In this document: piece after piece, positions 33,118-44,309 of the stretch | How the letters are laid out: every line of letters starts with the position of its first letter | Position numbering within the stretch: position 1 is the stretch's first letter | From: Rebecca billardiae RCC1528 | Lineage: Eukaryota > Protista > Haptophyta | Direction: 5' to 3' | NCBI GenBank assembly: GCA_965240325.2 | Contig: OZ251235.1 | Location: 1,674,001-1,738,000, forward strand | Length of the DNA: 64,000 bases | The notes under the pieces: generated by a model | What the model saw: the letters and a program-made list of their open reading frames with translations, nothing else | Databases searched by the model: none | Told to the model about the DNA's origin: nothing | Translations under genes and position numbers: made by a program

Positions 33118-36100
33118 TTCAGGGGCATCGCCAGGCTGGCACTGCCAGGCAGACAAGTGAGCAGGCTGCAGCGGGAAGGCCACAGGCGAGGGGCTCAGGC
33201 AACAGGGCTGAGGAACGTTCGCTCACAATCGCCTGTGGGAACGTAGGGGGCATGGCAGGCTTGACACGCAGGGCAAGACTGCAGAGCATCCTGGACACCA
33301 AGCGCTGGGACATCGTTCTGCTCCAAGAGACCGCACTCACTAGAGACAAAGCCACTCAGGACATCCTTAGTGGCTATACGACCTACCACGACCCAATGCC
33401 CCCCAACTCGTGCTCAGGCAGAGGAGTGGCAATAGCAGTGCGGAAGGATGGCAGGCTGCCTCTCTCCAGGCTGGAGGTGACCCGAAGCGGCACTGAAGGC
33501 GGCCAGGACACTGCCGGATACATGCTCCAGGGGCGCCTGGTCTTCACCACCGCCAGGGGTACCAGCTTTGTGGTGGAGGCCACATCCTTCTACATCCCCC
33601 CTCACAGTAACCGCAACAGAGCAACTATACTGCCATGGGTAACAGAAGTCCTCCGCACGGGCACCCCGCTACACACGGGCCGACAAGATCTCCTCAGGCT
33701 TGCAGGAGGGGACGCCAATGGCACTTGGGAGGTCGGCGAGGCACTTAGGCGGCTCGACACAACACGCGCGTTCACCGCTCACCGACCAGGGGATTTCAAA
33801 GCGGCCATGGAGACAGTGACTGACCTTCACAACATGAAACCAACCGGCAGTTTCAACCCTGCCACCGAATACACCCACTCGAGTGGCAACACCCTGGCCC
33901 GACTGGACTACATATTCACCAACATGGCAGAGCTAACGCAACACTTTTGGCACTCGGACCCTCTCCTGGAGGACGCATGCATCCCTGCGCTCCCCAACGG
34001 GGACGGGAGCACCCACCATTTTATCCAGGGTAGAATCCCACTGCACAAGCTGCGGGGGGCCACCAGGCCTGTGGTCCACGAGCTCTACAGGCCATACAGG
34101 TTCTACATAAACCTGGCACACGGAGAGACGGTCAAGGAACTCAAAGCCGCATTATCCGACCCCGTAGAGAGCGACATCAGGCGGCTGGACGACGTCCACA
34201 CCCATGCACACCTGTTCGCAGCCCCAGTTGCGACGATTACTGCAGCTCCGCCACAAGTGGTGAGCGACATGGAGGAAGCCCTCCCTGCCGTCCTGGAGTG
34301 GCTCGCCTCCGTAGCAACTGACAGAGTCACGTCTGCACTCGACTCCAGCCAGCAGCCACGGGAGACCACAGTAGCCCCTGGCAGGCGGGCCCCCAAAGCG
34401 ATCGCGCCGAATGCCCTCAGGGATTTCAAACTGGGGAATGCGTACCGCCGCCAGGTCGCAGTGATCACCAGGCTGCAGCAAATCCGCCCAGGTGCTAGCG
34501 AGCAGCACGGGGAAGTGCACACAGGCTTCAGGTACAGCAGCCACAGCAGGCATGGGCGACTTGCGGAGCCGGTGCGCCTGGCAAAAGCACTGGACAGTTA
34601 TGAATCGGCACTGACTACCGCAAACGCCCCCCCTGAGGGTATGCCCCAGCTGCTCGGCTTGCCTTTCCCCACCCTGGAGGCCATCTACCAGGCTGGGCCC
34701 GCCTCGACAGCACAGTGGCTGTCGGAACTGAAAGCACGACAAGCCTTGCACCAAAATGAATACGAGCTCCTGCAGCGCGAGCACGAGGACACTCTTGCCA
34801 AGGACAGGACGAGAAAAATCCAAGACGACATGCGGAGGAAATGCACCCGCCACTTTCGCAAAATGCTCTTCCCCAAATCAAACCATGCTGGATTCGAGAT
34901 GATGATGCTCAATGACCTGGACGCTGGCAGTGGGAAAATTACCTCCGACCCAAGCAAAATCAAACGATACGCAGAGGCGCACACGGCGAACAACGTGGGG
35001 ACAGCGCCGAGCTGCAGGCAGGGGCCTGCCATAGAGGATACAAATGAAGCAGTCTGGGAAGAGATCCAAAGCAGATGGACTCCGGCCCAGCGAGCGCTGG
35101 AAAGCTCCCTGCTGGACCTGGAAGGCCTGCGCTCCCTCCTGGCAAAAGCTGACTCGAACGCTGCCCCTGGTTTGGACGGGATCCAAGTATGCGCCTTGAA
35201 ACTCTTGATAAAGATCAACAAAGCCTTTGAAGGCATCTTGGTCAACATCGTCAACACAATCCTCCGCGCAGCGGCTGTACCAGCCCACCTCAAAGATGCA
35301 GAGCTTGCCTACTTCTACAAAGGCAAAGGGGACCCTCACGATCTGAACAATTATAGGGGAGTGGCACTCCAAAGCACTGTGTACAAACTGGCGGCAGCAC
35401 ACAGGGCAAGATGCATCCAGTCGATCTGTGACCAGCTGGGTCTGATCTCGCCGGAACAAGCAGCAGCGAGCAAGCACGGGCAGCCGGAGCTCCAAGTGGC
35501 GGCACTGGTGGCAGCCATGACCCATGCCAAGGCCAGTTCTGCCGAGATCCACGTCACTACATGTGATATAAGCAAGGCCTTTGACAGAGTGCCCCATGAG
35601 TCGCTGAGGAAGGCCCTTCTCCTGCACGGCTTCTCCGCCCAACTAATTGATGAACTTGACCGACTGGACGCTCACTCTGTGGCCACCACCAGGACCCCCT
35701 ATGGCCACACTGACAAAGTGCCGATACTGCGTGGGTGCAAGCAAGGCTGCCCGCTAAGTCCCATAAAATTCTGTCTCTTCATGAACATGTTCATTGCATC
35801 CTACTCAGCCAGCCACCCTGACCATGGATACTCGTTTCCAGCCGCCAGGCATGACGCTGGCGCAGGAGACTCCCTGAAGGTGCGCATCTTGGGGTACATG
35901 GACGACATAGCTTTCCTTGCAGAGTCAGAGACGGACAGCGCCGCCCAAGTGCGCGCACTGGGACTATTCCTCAGCGCTCACGGCATGGCACTCAACCCCT
36001 CGAAGTGTGTGCACGCAAAGAAAGGAAGGGGCAGAGGGGCGCACGGCGCGCCTCCTCTGCCCCCCCTCCGCGTTGAGATAGCCGGTGAGCAGGCCACTGT

Positions 36101-39100
36101 CCCCTCCATCGGACCAGACACCCACTTTGAGTACCTCGGATACGTCCTCACCCTCCACCTCGATTGGTCAAGGCACGCCGCAAAACTGGAGACAAAGCTG
36201 CGCGCGGCCTCCTGGAAAGTGGCAGTAGCGGCCAGGGACCCGGCCTGCCACACTGTGACCACAGGCACTCTCCTCCAGCATGATGTGGTCTCTGTGGCAG
36301 GCTACTACCTGGCTGCGAGCGATGTGCGCCGCTACGGCATCACAGACAAAATGCGCGCCATCGTGATGGACATCGTGTGGGGCAGAGCTGGTCTCCCGCC
36401 CTCCGCGGCCCGCATAGCAGGCAGTGGGCCAGCCCCCAGCATGGGGATAGGCCCGGAGGAGCCGAGCGCCCTGCAGGCCGGGGTGCAAGCGGCTGCCCTC
36501 CTTCGGACTGCCAACAGCCCCACACAAGTGGGCCTGCTCACCAGGACCTGCCTGGAGGCACACCGACAACAACCGGCCAACGGAACACTGGCGCCCCCTG
36601 CAGTGAGAGGCGGAATGGAGGCCCTGTCGCTCGCGCCCAGGGGCACAGAGCCATGGCTGCTGGCCTGCTCCGCAACACTGGCCAACCTGACCCTGCGAGA
36701 GGCCTGCAGGTCCCCCCTCATCCCTAGCAGGGCCTCTGATCAGGAGAGACTCGTGGAGCTGTTAGCGGACTGGGACGCGCGGGACTACGCAGCCCTGGGC
36801 GACACCCCCATGGGCACCCTGCTGCAGGCTGCAAGTGCAGGGGGAGACGGCCAGCCTAGCCTGATGGAGCGCAGCATCCTGAGCGATAATGGCACGTCCA
36901 TGGAACGCCTGCTCAACGCACAGGGCACCCCAGCTCTCAGCCATCTCACACACACTGGCAGCAGCATGGTGTGGACGGCTGTGCAGCACCACGCAGGAGC
37001 TGCGGAAGCAATGGCAGGCCTCATTGTCCGCACTGCGGTAAAACTGGCCACGAGCCCCGCAAATTTCCTGTACACCGCCCATCTGCAGGAAGCCAGAACG
37101 GCCGCCCATGAGGCAGATGTGCCCACTGCACCAGCAGACGTGACCCAGGCAGCAGCCACCGTCACAGCGGGGGTAGATGGGTCGTACAAGCCAGACACAG
37201 CCACAGGGGCCGCTGGGGCCGCCTACATTGTACATGCCCGTGGCGCAGGCCGGCTGCGAGACCAGGAGTGCGTGCGCCTGGCAAGTGCCACATACCACGG
37301 GCAGCAGACTGCAGCCAACTCGGAGGTGGCATCTGCCACACTCCTCACCAAACTCCTGGCTGGCCTACCAGGTAGCACCATTCATGTCAGCTGGGACTGC
37401 GACGATGCACTCAAGCACCTCCTCTGGGCCAGGCCAGCGTTGGACTCCGCAGCAGGGGGCCAGGCAGCCCAGCCAAATACCACCCGCCCCCCAGGCTGGG
37501 AGCCCAGACTGAGCAAGAATCAGGCCCACAACCCGCACATGTCCAGGCTCCTGCATGTGATTGACGAGTGCTCTCGCGGCACCACCTGGATGTACTACCC
37601 CCAAATGAGCGGCCACTCACGCGGAAGGGGTGGACCATCACTGGACGATATGGTGCGCGAAATTCTCCAGCCGGAACCGGACGCGTCGGGCGGCACCTAC
37701 ACAGTGCCCCCTCCCCAGCTGGCATCGCTGCGCAGAGCCACCAGGGCCTTCGTGGGCACCGAACCTTCCTCCGAAGACGTGGACCGCACTGTATGCAACC
37801 TGTGTGCGGACTGGGCAGCCAAGCGAGTGGCTGTAGATGGCATGGACCCATCACACATGCTAGGAAAGAACGTCTGGCTCCCTGCAGCATATGGGCTGGT
37901 GGACACTGCAGGGGCTCTCCTGCAGTCAGGGCCCCTCCCTGTCAGGAGGCTGGTAATAGAGCGCGCCCGCAGAGCAGCCCTGGAGGCGCGCCTGGATCCC
38001 ACCCCTGGCAACGACGAGTCCCCCGAACAGGCGGCAGAGAGGCAGCGCAGGAGCGCCAAGTACGCCATCAAGATGGGGGATGACTCCCTACACACCCAGG
38101 AATCCACCCTCTCGCTGCGGAACCAGTTCACCAAGCCAGAGCGCCTCACCAAGTTCGTCCTCAGGTGCTGCGTCGGGGCGCTGGAGTATAATCAAGATGC
38201 TGCAGGGGCCAACCCAGGATTGGATGCAGTCCCATATAGCCAGCAATGGCCGGACTGCACGCTGGGCACCGACTGTCTGTTCTGCCTCGAGGCAGGATCG
38301 GACGCCCCTGGGCCGGACTCTGCCACGCACGTCTTCTGTGACTGCCCCCACGCCGACGCCAGGAGCATGGCACAGCATAGCATCATCCGGATGCTTGACA
38401 AGCGCACTGGCGGCAGGATGCCGATGCAAGACAGGCAAGACCTGGCAGAGCAGGCTACAGCCCACCGGCACTACTATGCGGGCCAGATCCCCAAGGCAGT
38501 AGTGGCAGCCGCCCAGGAGAGCGCAAAACAGTACCCCTGGCGGACCGCGCGGGACGGGGGAGACAGTAACAGCGCCTCTGCCGATGCAGACCAGTCAGAC
38601 GAGCAGGATGGCCAGCCAGCCGGGCGGGACGGCAGCTACAAGGTGGGAAGCTTACACTCTACCATCGTCAGCGTCACCACCCACATCCACCACAAGCGCC
38701 TCGAGCTAGCTACAGCTGGGACGGAGGGCCGCCAGCGCCGGTACGACCTCGCGCACTTCCTCACCGCTCTCCGCCGCTGCCGCCTCACAGGGGGAGCGAG
38801 CCCCAGAGATGGGCAGACCCAGGGATCGTCCGCCAGCGGCCCAAGACTCACACCCTCCCCTGACCGAACACAGGGCCCCCGACCCCCATCAAGCAGCCAG
38901 GAGGGCCCAGCAGGGGGGCGCCAGCCCCCGGCCGGCAGCAGGGCCCCTCCACCCCCTGGCCCACTGGCCCAGCAGGAACCTGGCCAACAGGCCCTCAATG
39001 CCTACTATGCAGCAGCTGAACTGCAGGATGCTGACGTCGATGGCACTGGTGCCAACTGCGGGTTCCTTGCGGTACTGGGCGTCACCCGCGCAGGGGCCCG

Positions 39101-39593
39101 CGAAGACCCAGCAGGGGCAACCAGGAGCGCCCAGGCACTGAGGCAAGCCACCGTACAGCACGCCCTGTCCCTGAGTGCGCAGCACCAGGGGGTCCTGGCG
39201 GCCGCAGTGGCCCTCCAGCCGGCCCACCTCGAGCCAGATGGGAGCGCACAGAGGGCAGCAGCAGCGGCTGCCACCCTGGGCACGGTTCGAGAGGCTGGCA
39301 CCCCGTTGGCAGATGCACTCCTCCCCTGTGTGGCAGCAGGGGCGAACACCACAGTCGTCCTGGTCACCAGAGACCCTCACACAGGCGCCCCTCTTCGTAT
39401 GGTCCAGGTCTTCCACAGCCCAGGCTCCCCCCAGTACAACCGGCACGACCCGCTGCACATTGAGGTGCTACCCTGGCCCCAAGTGGCCACCAGGCTGGCA
39501 GCGGGCGCACTCGGACAGACCAGGGTCATCTCTCACTGGAGAGGCCATTACAGGACCACAGTCCCAAGGGCACTGCCAGGTCAGGCCCACTGA
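33114..39593 (+). CDS. LINE ORF2: APE endonuclease, reverse transcriptase, RNase H, CCHC finger and OTU-like protease
   Basis: GNVGG/LLQET/GGDAN/RLDYIF (APE); APGLDGI, DISKAFDRV, GCKQGCPLSP, YMDD, EYLG (RT); VDGS/NSEV/WDC/SGHS/CADWAAK (RNase H); CLFC..HVFCDC; VDGTGANCGF...GHY (OTU). Confidence 0.93.
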   Translation: MIQGHRQAGTARQTSEQAAAGRPQARGSGNRAEERSLTIACGNVGGMAGLTRRARLQSILDTKRWDIVLLQETALTRDKATQDILSGYTTYHDPMPPNSCSGRGVAIAVRKDGRLPLSRLEVTRSGTEGGQDTAGYMLQGRLVFTTARGTSFVVEATSFYIPPHSNRNRATILPWVTEVLRTGTPLHTGRQDLLRLAGGDANGTWEVGEALRRLDTTRAFTAHRPGDFKAAMETVTDLHNMKPTGSFNPATEYTHSSGNTLARLDYIFTNMAELTQHFWHSDPLLEDACIPALPNGDGSTHHFIQGRIPLHKLRGATRPVVHELYRPYRFYINLAHGETVKELKAALSDPVESDIRRLDDVHTHAHLFAAPVATITAAPPQVVSDMEEALPAVLEWLASVATDRVTSALDSSQQPRETTVAPGRRAPKAIAPNALRDFKLGNAYRRQVAVITRLQQIRPGASEQHGEVHTGFRYSSHSRHGRLAEPVRLAKALDSYESALTTANAPPEGMPQLLGLPFPTLEAIYQAGPASTAQWLSELKARQALHQNEYELLQREHEDTLAKDRTRKIQDDMRRKCTRHFRKMLFPKSNHAGFEMMMLNDLDAGSGKITSDPSKIKRYAEAHTANNVGTAPSCRQGPAIEDTNEAVWEEIQSRWTPAQRALESSLLDLEGLRSLLAKADSNAAPGLDGIQVCALKLLIKINKAFEGILVNIVNTILRAAAVPAHLKDAELAYFYKGKGDPHDLNNYRGVALQSTVYKLAAAHRARCIQSICDQLGLISPEQAAASKHGQPELQVAALVAAMTHAKASSAEIHVTTCDISKAFDRVPHESLRKALLLHGFSAQLIDELDRLDAHSVATTRTPYGHTDKVPILRGCKQGCPLSPIKFCLFMNMFIASYSASHPDHGYSFPAARHDAGAGDSLKVRILGYMDDIAFLAESETDSAAQVRALGLFLSAHGMALNPSKCVHAKKGRGRGAHGAPPLPPLRVEIAGEQATVPSIGPDTHFEYLGYVLTLHLDWSRHAAKLETKLRAASWKVAVAARDPACHTVTTGTLLQHDVVSVAGYYLAASDVRRYGITDKMRAIVMDIVWGRAGLPPSAARIAGSGPAPSMGIGPEEPSALQAGVQAAALLRTANSPTQVGLLTRTCLEAHRQQPANGTLAPPAVRGGMEALSLAPRGTEPWLLACSATLANLTLREACRSPLIPSRASDQERLVELLADWDARDYAALGDTPMGTLLQAASAGGDGQPSLMERSILSDNGTSMERLLNAQGTPALSHLTHTGSSMVWTAVQHHAGAAEAMAGLIVRTAVKLATSPANFLYTAHLQEARTAAHEADVPTAPADVTQAAATVTAGVDGSYKPDTATGAAGAAYIVHARGAGRLRDQECVRLASATYHGQQTAANSEVASATLLTKLLAGLPGSTIHVSWDCDDALKHLLWARPALDSAAGGQAAQPNTTRPPGWEPRLSKNQAHNPHMSRLLHVIDECSRGTTWMYYPQMSGHSRGRGGPSLDDMVREILQPEPDASGGTYTVPPPQLASLRRATRAFVGTEPSSEDVDRTVCNLCADWAAKRVAVDGMDPSHMLGKNVWLPAAYGLVDTAGALLQSGPLPVRRLVIERARRAALEARLDPTPGNDESPEQAAERQRRSAKYAIKMGDDSLHTQESTLSLRNQFTKPERLTKFVLRCCVGALEYNQDAAGANPGLDAVPYSQQWPDCTLGTDCLFCLEAGSDAPGPDSATHVFCDCPHADARSMAQHSIIRMLDKRTGGRMPMQDRQDLAEQATAHRHYYAGQIPKAVVAAAQESAKQYPWRTARDGGDSNSASADADQSDEQDGQPAGRDGSYKVGSLHSTIVSVTTHIHHKRLELATAGTEGRQRRYDLAHFLTALRRCRLTGGASPRDGQTQGSSASGPRLTPSPDRTQGPRPPSSSQEGPAGGRQPPAGSRAPPPPGPLAQQEPGQQALNAYYAAAELQDADVDGTGANCGFLAVLGVTRAGAREDPAGATRSAQALRQATVQHALSLSAQHQGVLAAAVALQPAHLEPDGSAQRAAAAAATLGTVREAGTPLADALLPCVAAGANTTVVLVTRDPHTGAPLRMVQVFHSPGSPQYNRHDPLHIEVLPWPQVATRLAAGALGQTRVISHWRGHYRTTVPRALPGQAH

Positions 39594-39771
39594 GGCCACG
39601 GGCCCGCAGGCAGAACTCAGGCTGGCCAGAGGCCCCTGCTGGGGAGGGTGGGGGAACTGCCCAAGCGCCGGGGGGGGGGGGGGGGGGGGGGGGGGAGGAC
39701 GAGCTCAACCAGAACCACCAGGCCCAGCAGAGACACGACCATCCCCCACAAGTACCGGAACCAGTCCCCGA

Positions 39772-40231
39772 CGGCGAGTCCAACTACTACTAACTTCGGC
39801 GAGTCCAACTACTACAAACTTCGGCGAGTCCAACTACTACTAACTTCGGCGAGTCCAACTACTACTAACTTCGGCGAGTCCAACTACTACTAACTTCGGC
39901 GAGTCCAACTACTACTAACCTCGGTGAGTCCAACTACTACTACTAACTTCGGCGAGTCCAACTACTACTAACTTCGGCGAGTCCAACTACTACTAACTTC
40001 GGCGAGTCCAACTACTACTAACTTCGGCGAGTCCAACTACGACTACTAACTTCGGCGAGTCCAACTACTACTAACTTCGGCGAGTCCAACTACTACTAAC
40101 TTCGGCGAGTCCAACTACTACTAACTCAGGCGAGTCCAACTACTACTAACTTCGGCGAGTCCAACTACTACCAACTTCGGCGAGTCCAACTACTACTAAC
40201 TCAGGCGAGTCCAACTACTATTAACTTCGGC
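39772..40231 (+). repeat. Tandem array, 18 x 25 bp (CGGCGAGTCCAACTACTACTAACTT), in the LINE 3' UTR
   Basis: Counted directly. Two units carry an extra trinucleotide and there are no unique spacers. Confidence 0.97.
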
Positions 40232-40693
40232 CACAACATCACCCACCAGCTGCTGACCAAGAACAGGCTACACCATCGTCCACCATGACCTGCCACTGAC
40301 CAAGTAGGCGACGACATCATCCGCACCAGCTGCTGACCAAGTAGGGGACGGCCTGGCCGACGCCAACATGCTCACTCGCCTTTGATTTCGTACCCATGCA
40401 CTTCCTGGTGGGCCTGACGACGTCCGGACGACGACAACAACGACGTCCGCCATGGGGACCAACATCAACGCGCTCACACCACTGCCACTGCTGCAAGCTT
40501 CGACCAGTACCACTACAGACGAATCAGGAGAGCTGCGCCCTCGTGCCTGTGTCTTTAAATCATAGAATTGGTCCGGGTTTTTCCGAACCTGTAACGACGG
40601 GAGCGAGTTTCCTGTAAGTCGTTATCGCGGCACCTCGCGTGCGCCGTGCCAGCTGCACGCTTGGCTGGTTCCCCTCATCGTCTGTTTCGCGGG

Positions 40694-41715
40694 ATGGCCG
40701 ACGCGGAGGGGGAAGGTGAGCCGCAGGCCGCGGCCTCCACCGACGAGGAGAAGGCCTCTGCGACCATTGTCGCCGCAGCCAAGGGTCGGCAGCAGCGTAA
40801 GGAAAACGCCGAGCGGCAGGCGGCCGCCGCAAAGATCGGCGCGCACGCCAAAGGGCGGCGCGTGCGCAGCAAGAAGAAGGGCGGTGACGGCGGCGACGGT
40901 GGCGGCGCAGGCGACGCAGCCGCGGGCCCCGCGGACGCGGGCGGTGGCGGCGGTGGGGACGAGGAGGCAGCCGCCGCGCAGAAGATCTCGGCCGTCGCCA
41001 AGGGCCGCCACCAACGGCGCGTTGATGCCGAGAGGCGAGCGGCGGCGGCAAAGATCGAAGCTGTGGCCAAGGGGCGGCGCGCGCGCAAGGAGTACAACGA
41101 CGAGGCGAAGAAGCGCGCGAAGGAGACTGCGCACAAGCCCGCCCCCGCGCCGCCCGCCGCCGGCGCATCGCCCGACACGTACGACGAGCCCGACGTGCCC
41201 GCCGCCCCGGGCGTGGTGGACCGCGGCGCCGAGCTGCCGATGACGTTTGCGCGCCCGCCCGTCATGTACAAATTCGTCGGGCTTGACAAGAGCAAGACGC
41301 GCAAGAACGCGCGCTCGTACTCGCAGACGTACTCCATCAACGTGGAGGGGTACCACCGCGCGCAGCAGACGAAGCTGATCATCACCATCGAGGTGCGCTC
41401 CGCGCCCCCCGCCAGCCGCGCTCAGTGTGCGCGTGCGCGCCGCGCCGCATGCGCCGACCGACCGACACTGATCGCGCTCGCGCTTCGTCCCGCCGTGCGC
41501 CCTGCGCCCGTCCTGCGCGGCAGGTGCAAGGAGCGCTGCAGGGCCTCGAGCACGTCGAGCCGCTCAACCCGAACCTCACGCCCGAGGACCTGGGCGAGAT
41601 CGCATACGCGCTTGTGAACGCCAACGTGACGAAGATGACGATCGCCGACTACGGCGCGCTCTTCCTGCTCTCGCAGTTCGTCTTCAGCAAGGTGCTGCCC
41701 GCGCACGCCGAGTAA
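40694..41715 (+). CDS. IQ-like motif hypothetical protein (intron 41393-41523)
   Basis: Four IxxxAKGRxxR motifs. A GT-AG intron joins ...IITIE|VQGALQ... Confidence 0.65.
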
Positions 41716-42733
41716 GACGCGGGGACGGGCGCGGGGACGGCGGCTGGCTCCGGGCAGAGCGCCGTCAAGGACGGCGCGGCGCCTGCACTGGGACTTCCCG
41801 CCAAGCGTATGTAGTGGCGCGGTGTCTGATCGTCCGAATGGGAGTCGTGCCGGGCTCAGCCCGGCGGGCCGGGACCGACTGCGACCCCGGAAGGCCGGAA
41901 CGCGCCACTGAGTCGCGCAGCAGCTACATGATGAGCCTCCGGTCGTCTGACTACTGCAGGATGAGTCTGACTGACGACTGATGACAGTCGACTGACAGCA
42001 GTGCCGCCATCAGTAATCAGTATATATATATACTAATATAGGACTTCGGGCCTGCTGAGAGCCAGAGCCAGAGGCACCGCGGTCTGTCCCGCGGAGAGTG
42101 GCCGCAAGTCGCTGTTGATTGTTGAACCCGTAGGCCGGCCGTATAGATGGCGTCCGGAGATATAGCAGACGGCGGATATGAGTTATGATTCGGCTCGCCG
42201 GGTCTCCTTCAGTGAGTCCTGAGACTGAGTGACTGTCTCCAGACTCCAGTGAGTCACTCGACGTTGTTATTACGCAGCGCGCGCCGCTGAGGTCTGTGAG
42301 GAGTCACCGAGGACGTCCGAGAGTGAGCAGCCGCGCAGAAGATCACAGTGCGCTTCGGGCTCGGCTTGTCGCAGTAGCTCGGAGCGTTACCGATATCAGT
42401 GTAGTCGCTACTTGATAAATTGCGCTAGTCAGACTCATCCTGCTCCTCGGCTCCTCCGCGACGAGCAGTCCGACGACCTGCTCGCCGCCAGACTTATCTG
42501 CCGGCGTAGACTGAATGAGCCTCAATAGCGCGGATATTGGGCTGCCGGCGCTGCGCGGTGCGCCCGGCGCTGCCGCCAGTCGCGTGACGGCTCCGAAGCG
42601 AGACCGTGGCAGCATTTGGCGTAGTAGCGACGATCACGATGATGTCGATGATCGATGGCGATGCCGCCGCACTCGATGGCATCCGCGATGACGGATGCAG
42701 TCTCAGGCACCTTCGCAGGATGCGCAGCAGCGC

Positions 42734-43921
42734 TCAACCTCGCAACCGGATGATCACGTACAGGAAGCCGTCCGGATGGCTCGACGCCGACGCGAGCCAG
42801 TCGATGGGCGCGTCGATCGGCGCGGGCACACCCTGGACGAGCACCTCGCTGACGTGCGGGCCTGGCACCGCTGCCGATGGGCCATCGGCTCGCGCCGTGC
42901 TGTCGCATGCTTCCGCCGCGGTCGCAGCTGCGGGGGGCGCTTCTGAGAAGAGGTCCGGCAGCGTCTCGCGCAGGACGGCGCCAAGCGTACGCGCCTCGCC
43001 GCTCGTGCCATCGGTCGACTCGATGACCGGCTGGACCCACGGCCGGCCGCCCACGAAGATGCGCACGGGCAGCCGCCGCCGACGACCGCCGCGCGCGGGC
43101 GATGTCCCGGCCGCGCCGCCGCGCGCGCCCTCCTCGACGGCTCGCGCGCTCGGCTCAAGGTGCGCCATCGCCTCGCGGTAGTCGGCGTACGCGCCGTGCT
43201 GCACCGCGCGCATCAGCTGCTGCTGCGCGCTCGTGCTGAGCGCCATCACCGCTTTCGCGCTGCCGGCGTGCAAGTAGGCCGCCTCTTTGAGCGTGTTGAG
43301 GAAGTGCGCGCCCACTGCGCTCAGCTCGGCCGTGCCGCCGCCGCGCAGCACGGACTCAGACGGGAAGTTGTGGAAATGGACGACAAGGCTCCATGGCTGG
43401 TGCTGCAGGGCGTCCCGGGCGCCGACGAGCGTGTCGAAGAGGACGCCCGTGGGGATGTGCCTGCGGCGCGGCGCCACGCAGGGGGAAAGGTCAGCTGCGC
43501 TCCGCCGTGCAGGCATGCGGTTGCAGGGGCGGCCACACGCGCACTCGGCAGCCTGGCTGCACCATTTGAGCGGAGTGCCGTTGAACTCGAGCCAAATCTC
43601 GTCAGAGCACGGGGGCGCGTAGGGTACGAAATGCTCGCGCACTCGCCGCGTCGCATGTGGAAGGTATGACTGTCGCGGCAGCATGAGCTGGCCGGGACGG
43701 GGCACAGCAGGCACACCGCGTGAGTACTGGGCTGCGCGCGCGCATGTGGTGTGCACGCAGCAGGCGGCCGGCAACGCGCATGCGCGCACGAAGAGGGGCT
43801 GAGGGCGTTCGACAGTTGTGAGCTCTTCTGGCGCGAGCGTGACCACGGCCGGTATGCGCCCCGCCCAGACCTCCTTGCGCACGTCGTGCATTTCGGATGC
43901 TGCAGCGTCATCCGCCGCCAT
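42734..43921 (-). CDS. ATG5: Autophagy protein 5 (introns 43688-43789, 43461-43562)
   Basis: VWAGRIP, PRQSYLP, PLKW|HIPTGVLFD, PWSLVVHF, FLNTLKEA, SHPDGFLY. Confidence 0.93.
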   Translation of the reverse strand: MAADDAAASEMHDVRKEVWAGRIPAVVTLAPEELTTVERPQPLFVRACALPAACCVHTTCARAAQYSRGVPAVPRPGQLMLPRQSYLPHATRRVREHFVPYAPPCSDEIWLEFNGTPLKWCSQAAECACGRPCNRMPARRSAADLSPCVAPRRRHIPTGVLFDTLVGARDALQHQPWSLVVHFHNFPSESVLRGGGTAELSAVGAHFLNTLKEAAYLHAGSAKAVMALSTSAQQQLMRAVQHGAYADYREAMAHLEPSARAVEEGARGGAAGTSPARGGRRRRLPVRIFVGGRPWVQPVIESTDGTSGEARTLGAVLRETLPDLFSEAPPAAATAAEACDSTARADGPSAAVPGPHVSEVLVQGVPAPIDAPIDWLASASSHPDGFLYVIIRLRG

Positions 43922-44309
43922 CGCTGGACGGGAGCGGGGTCACCGGTTCAGCTCAGGCGGTTTTGTTGAGCGAATGGCTGTTTTAGTATTTTTCGTCTGC
44001 TGCTGGTGCGTTAGCGCGCTCACTGCGCGCTGTCAGATCGAGTGGGCACGTTGACGTTGTCGTGCTGACCGTATGTACGTACGTCACAGTCTCTTAGTAC
44101 TCTGAGTAGCATCCTCGGGCTCAGATGCAGCAGCGTAGGCAACCAAGAGAGAGAGAGAGAGAGAGAGCAAGCGAGAGAGAGATGAAGGTCATTGTGCCGA
44201 CCGGTGTGCCCTTCCGCCTTCCGGGCCTTCGGGCCGCTGATGAGACAGTCATGAATCATGATGAGTGATGGGATTCAGGCTGATGGCAGATGGCCTGATG
44301 GGCACGTCA

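Larger units (their letters stand above)
31515..40572 (+). mobile_element. Non-LTR retrotransposon (LINE family A), ~9.06 kb, apparent CCGG target duplication
   Basis: Compositional shift between two divergent host genes. CCGG at 31511-31514 and 40573-40576. The 3' end recurs at 28761 and 13613. Confidence 0.85.

Noticed and set aside
39772-40231. CRISPR array or telomere
   Set aside because: No unique spacers and no cas genes. It is internal to a retroelement, with host genes continuing beyond.
28761-40576. One 11.8-kb TIR transposon bounded by 70-bp inverted repeats
   Set aside because: The repeat is the LINE 3' end, with a third copy at 13613, and a normal host GT47 gene lies between.
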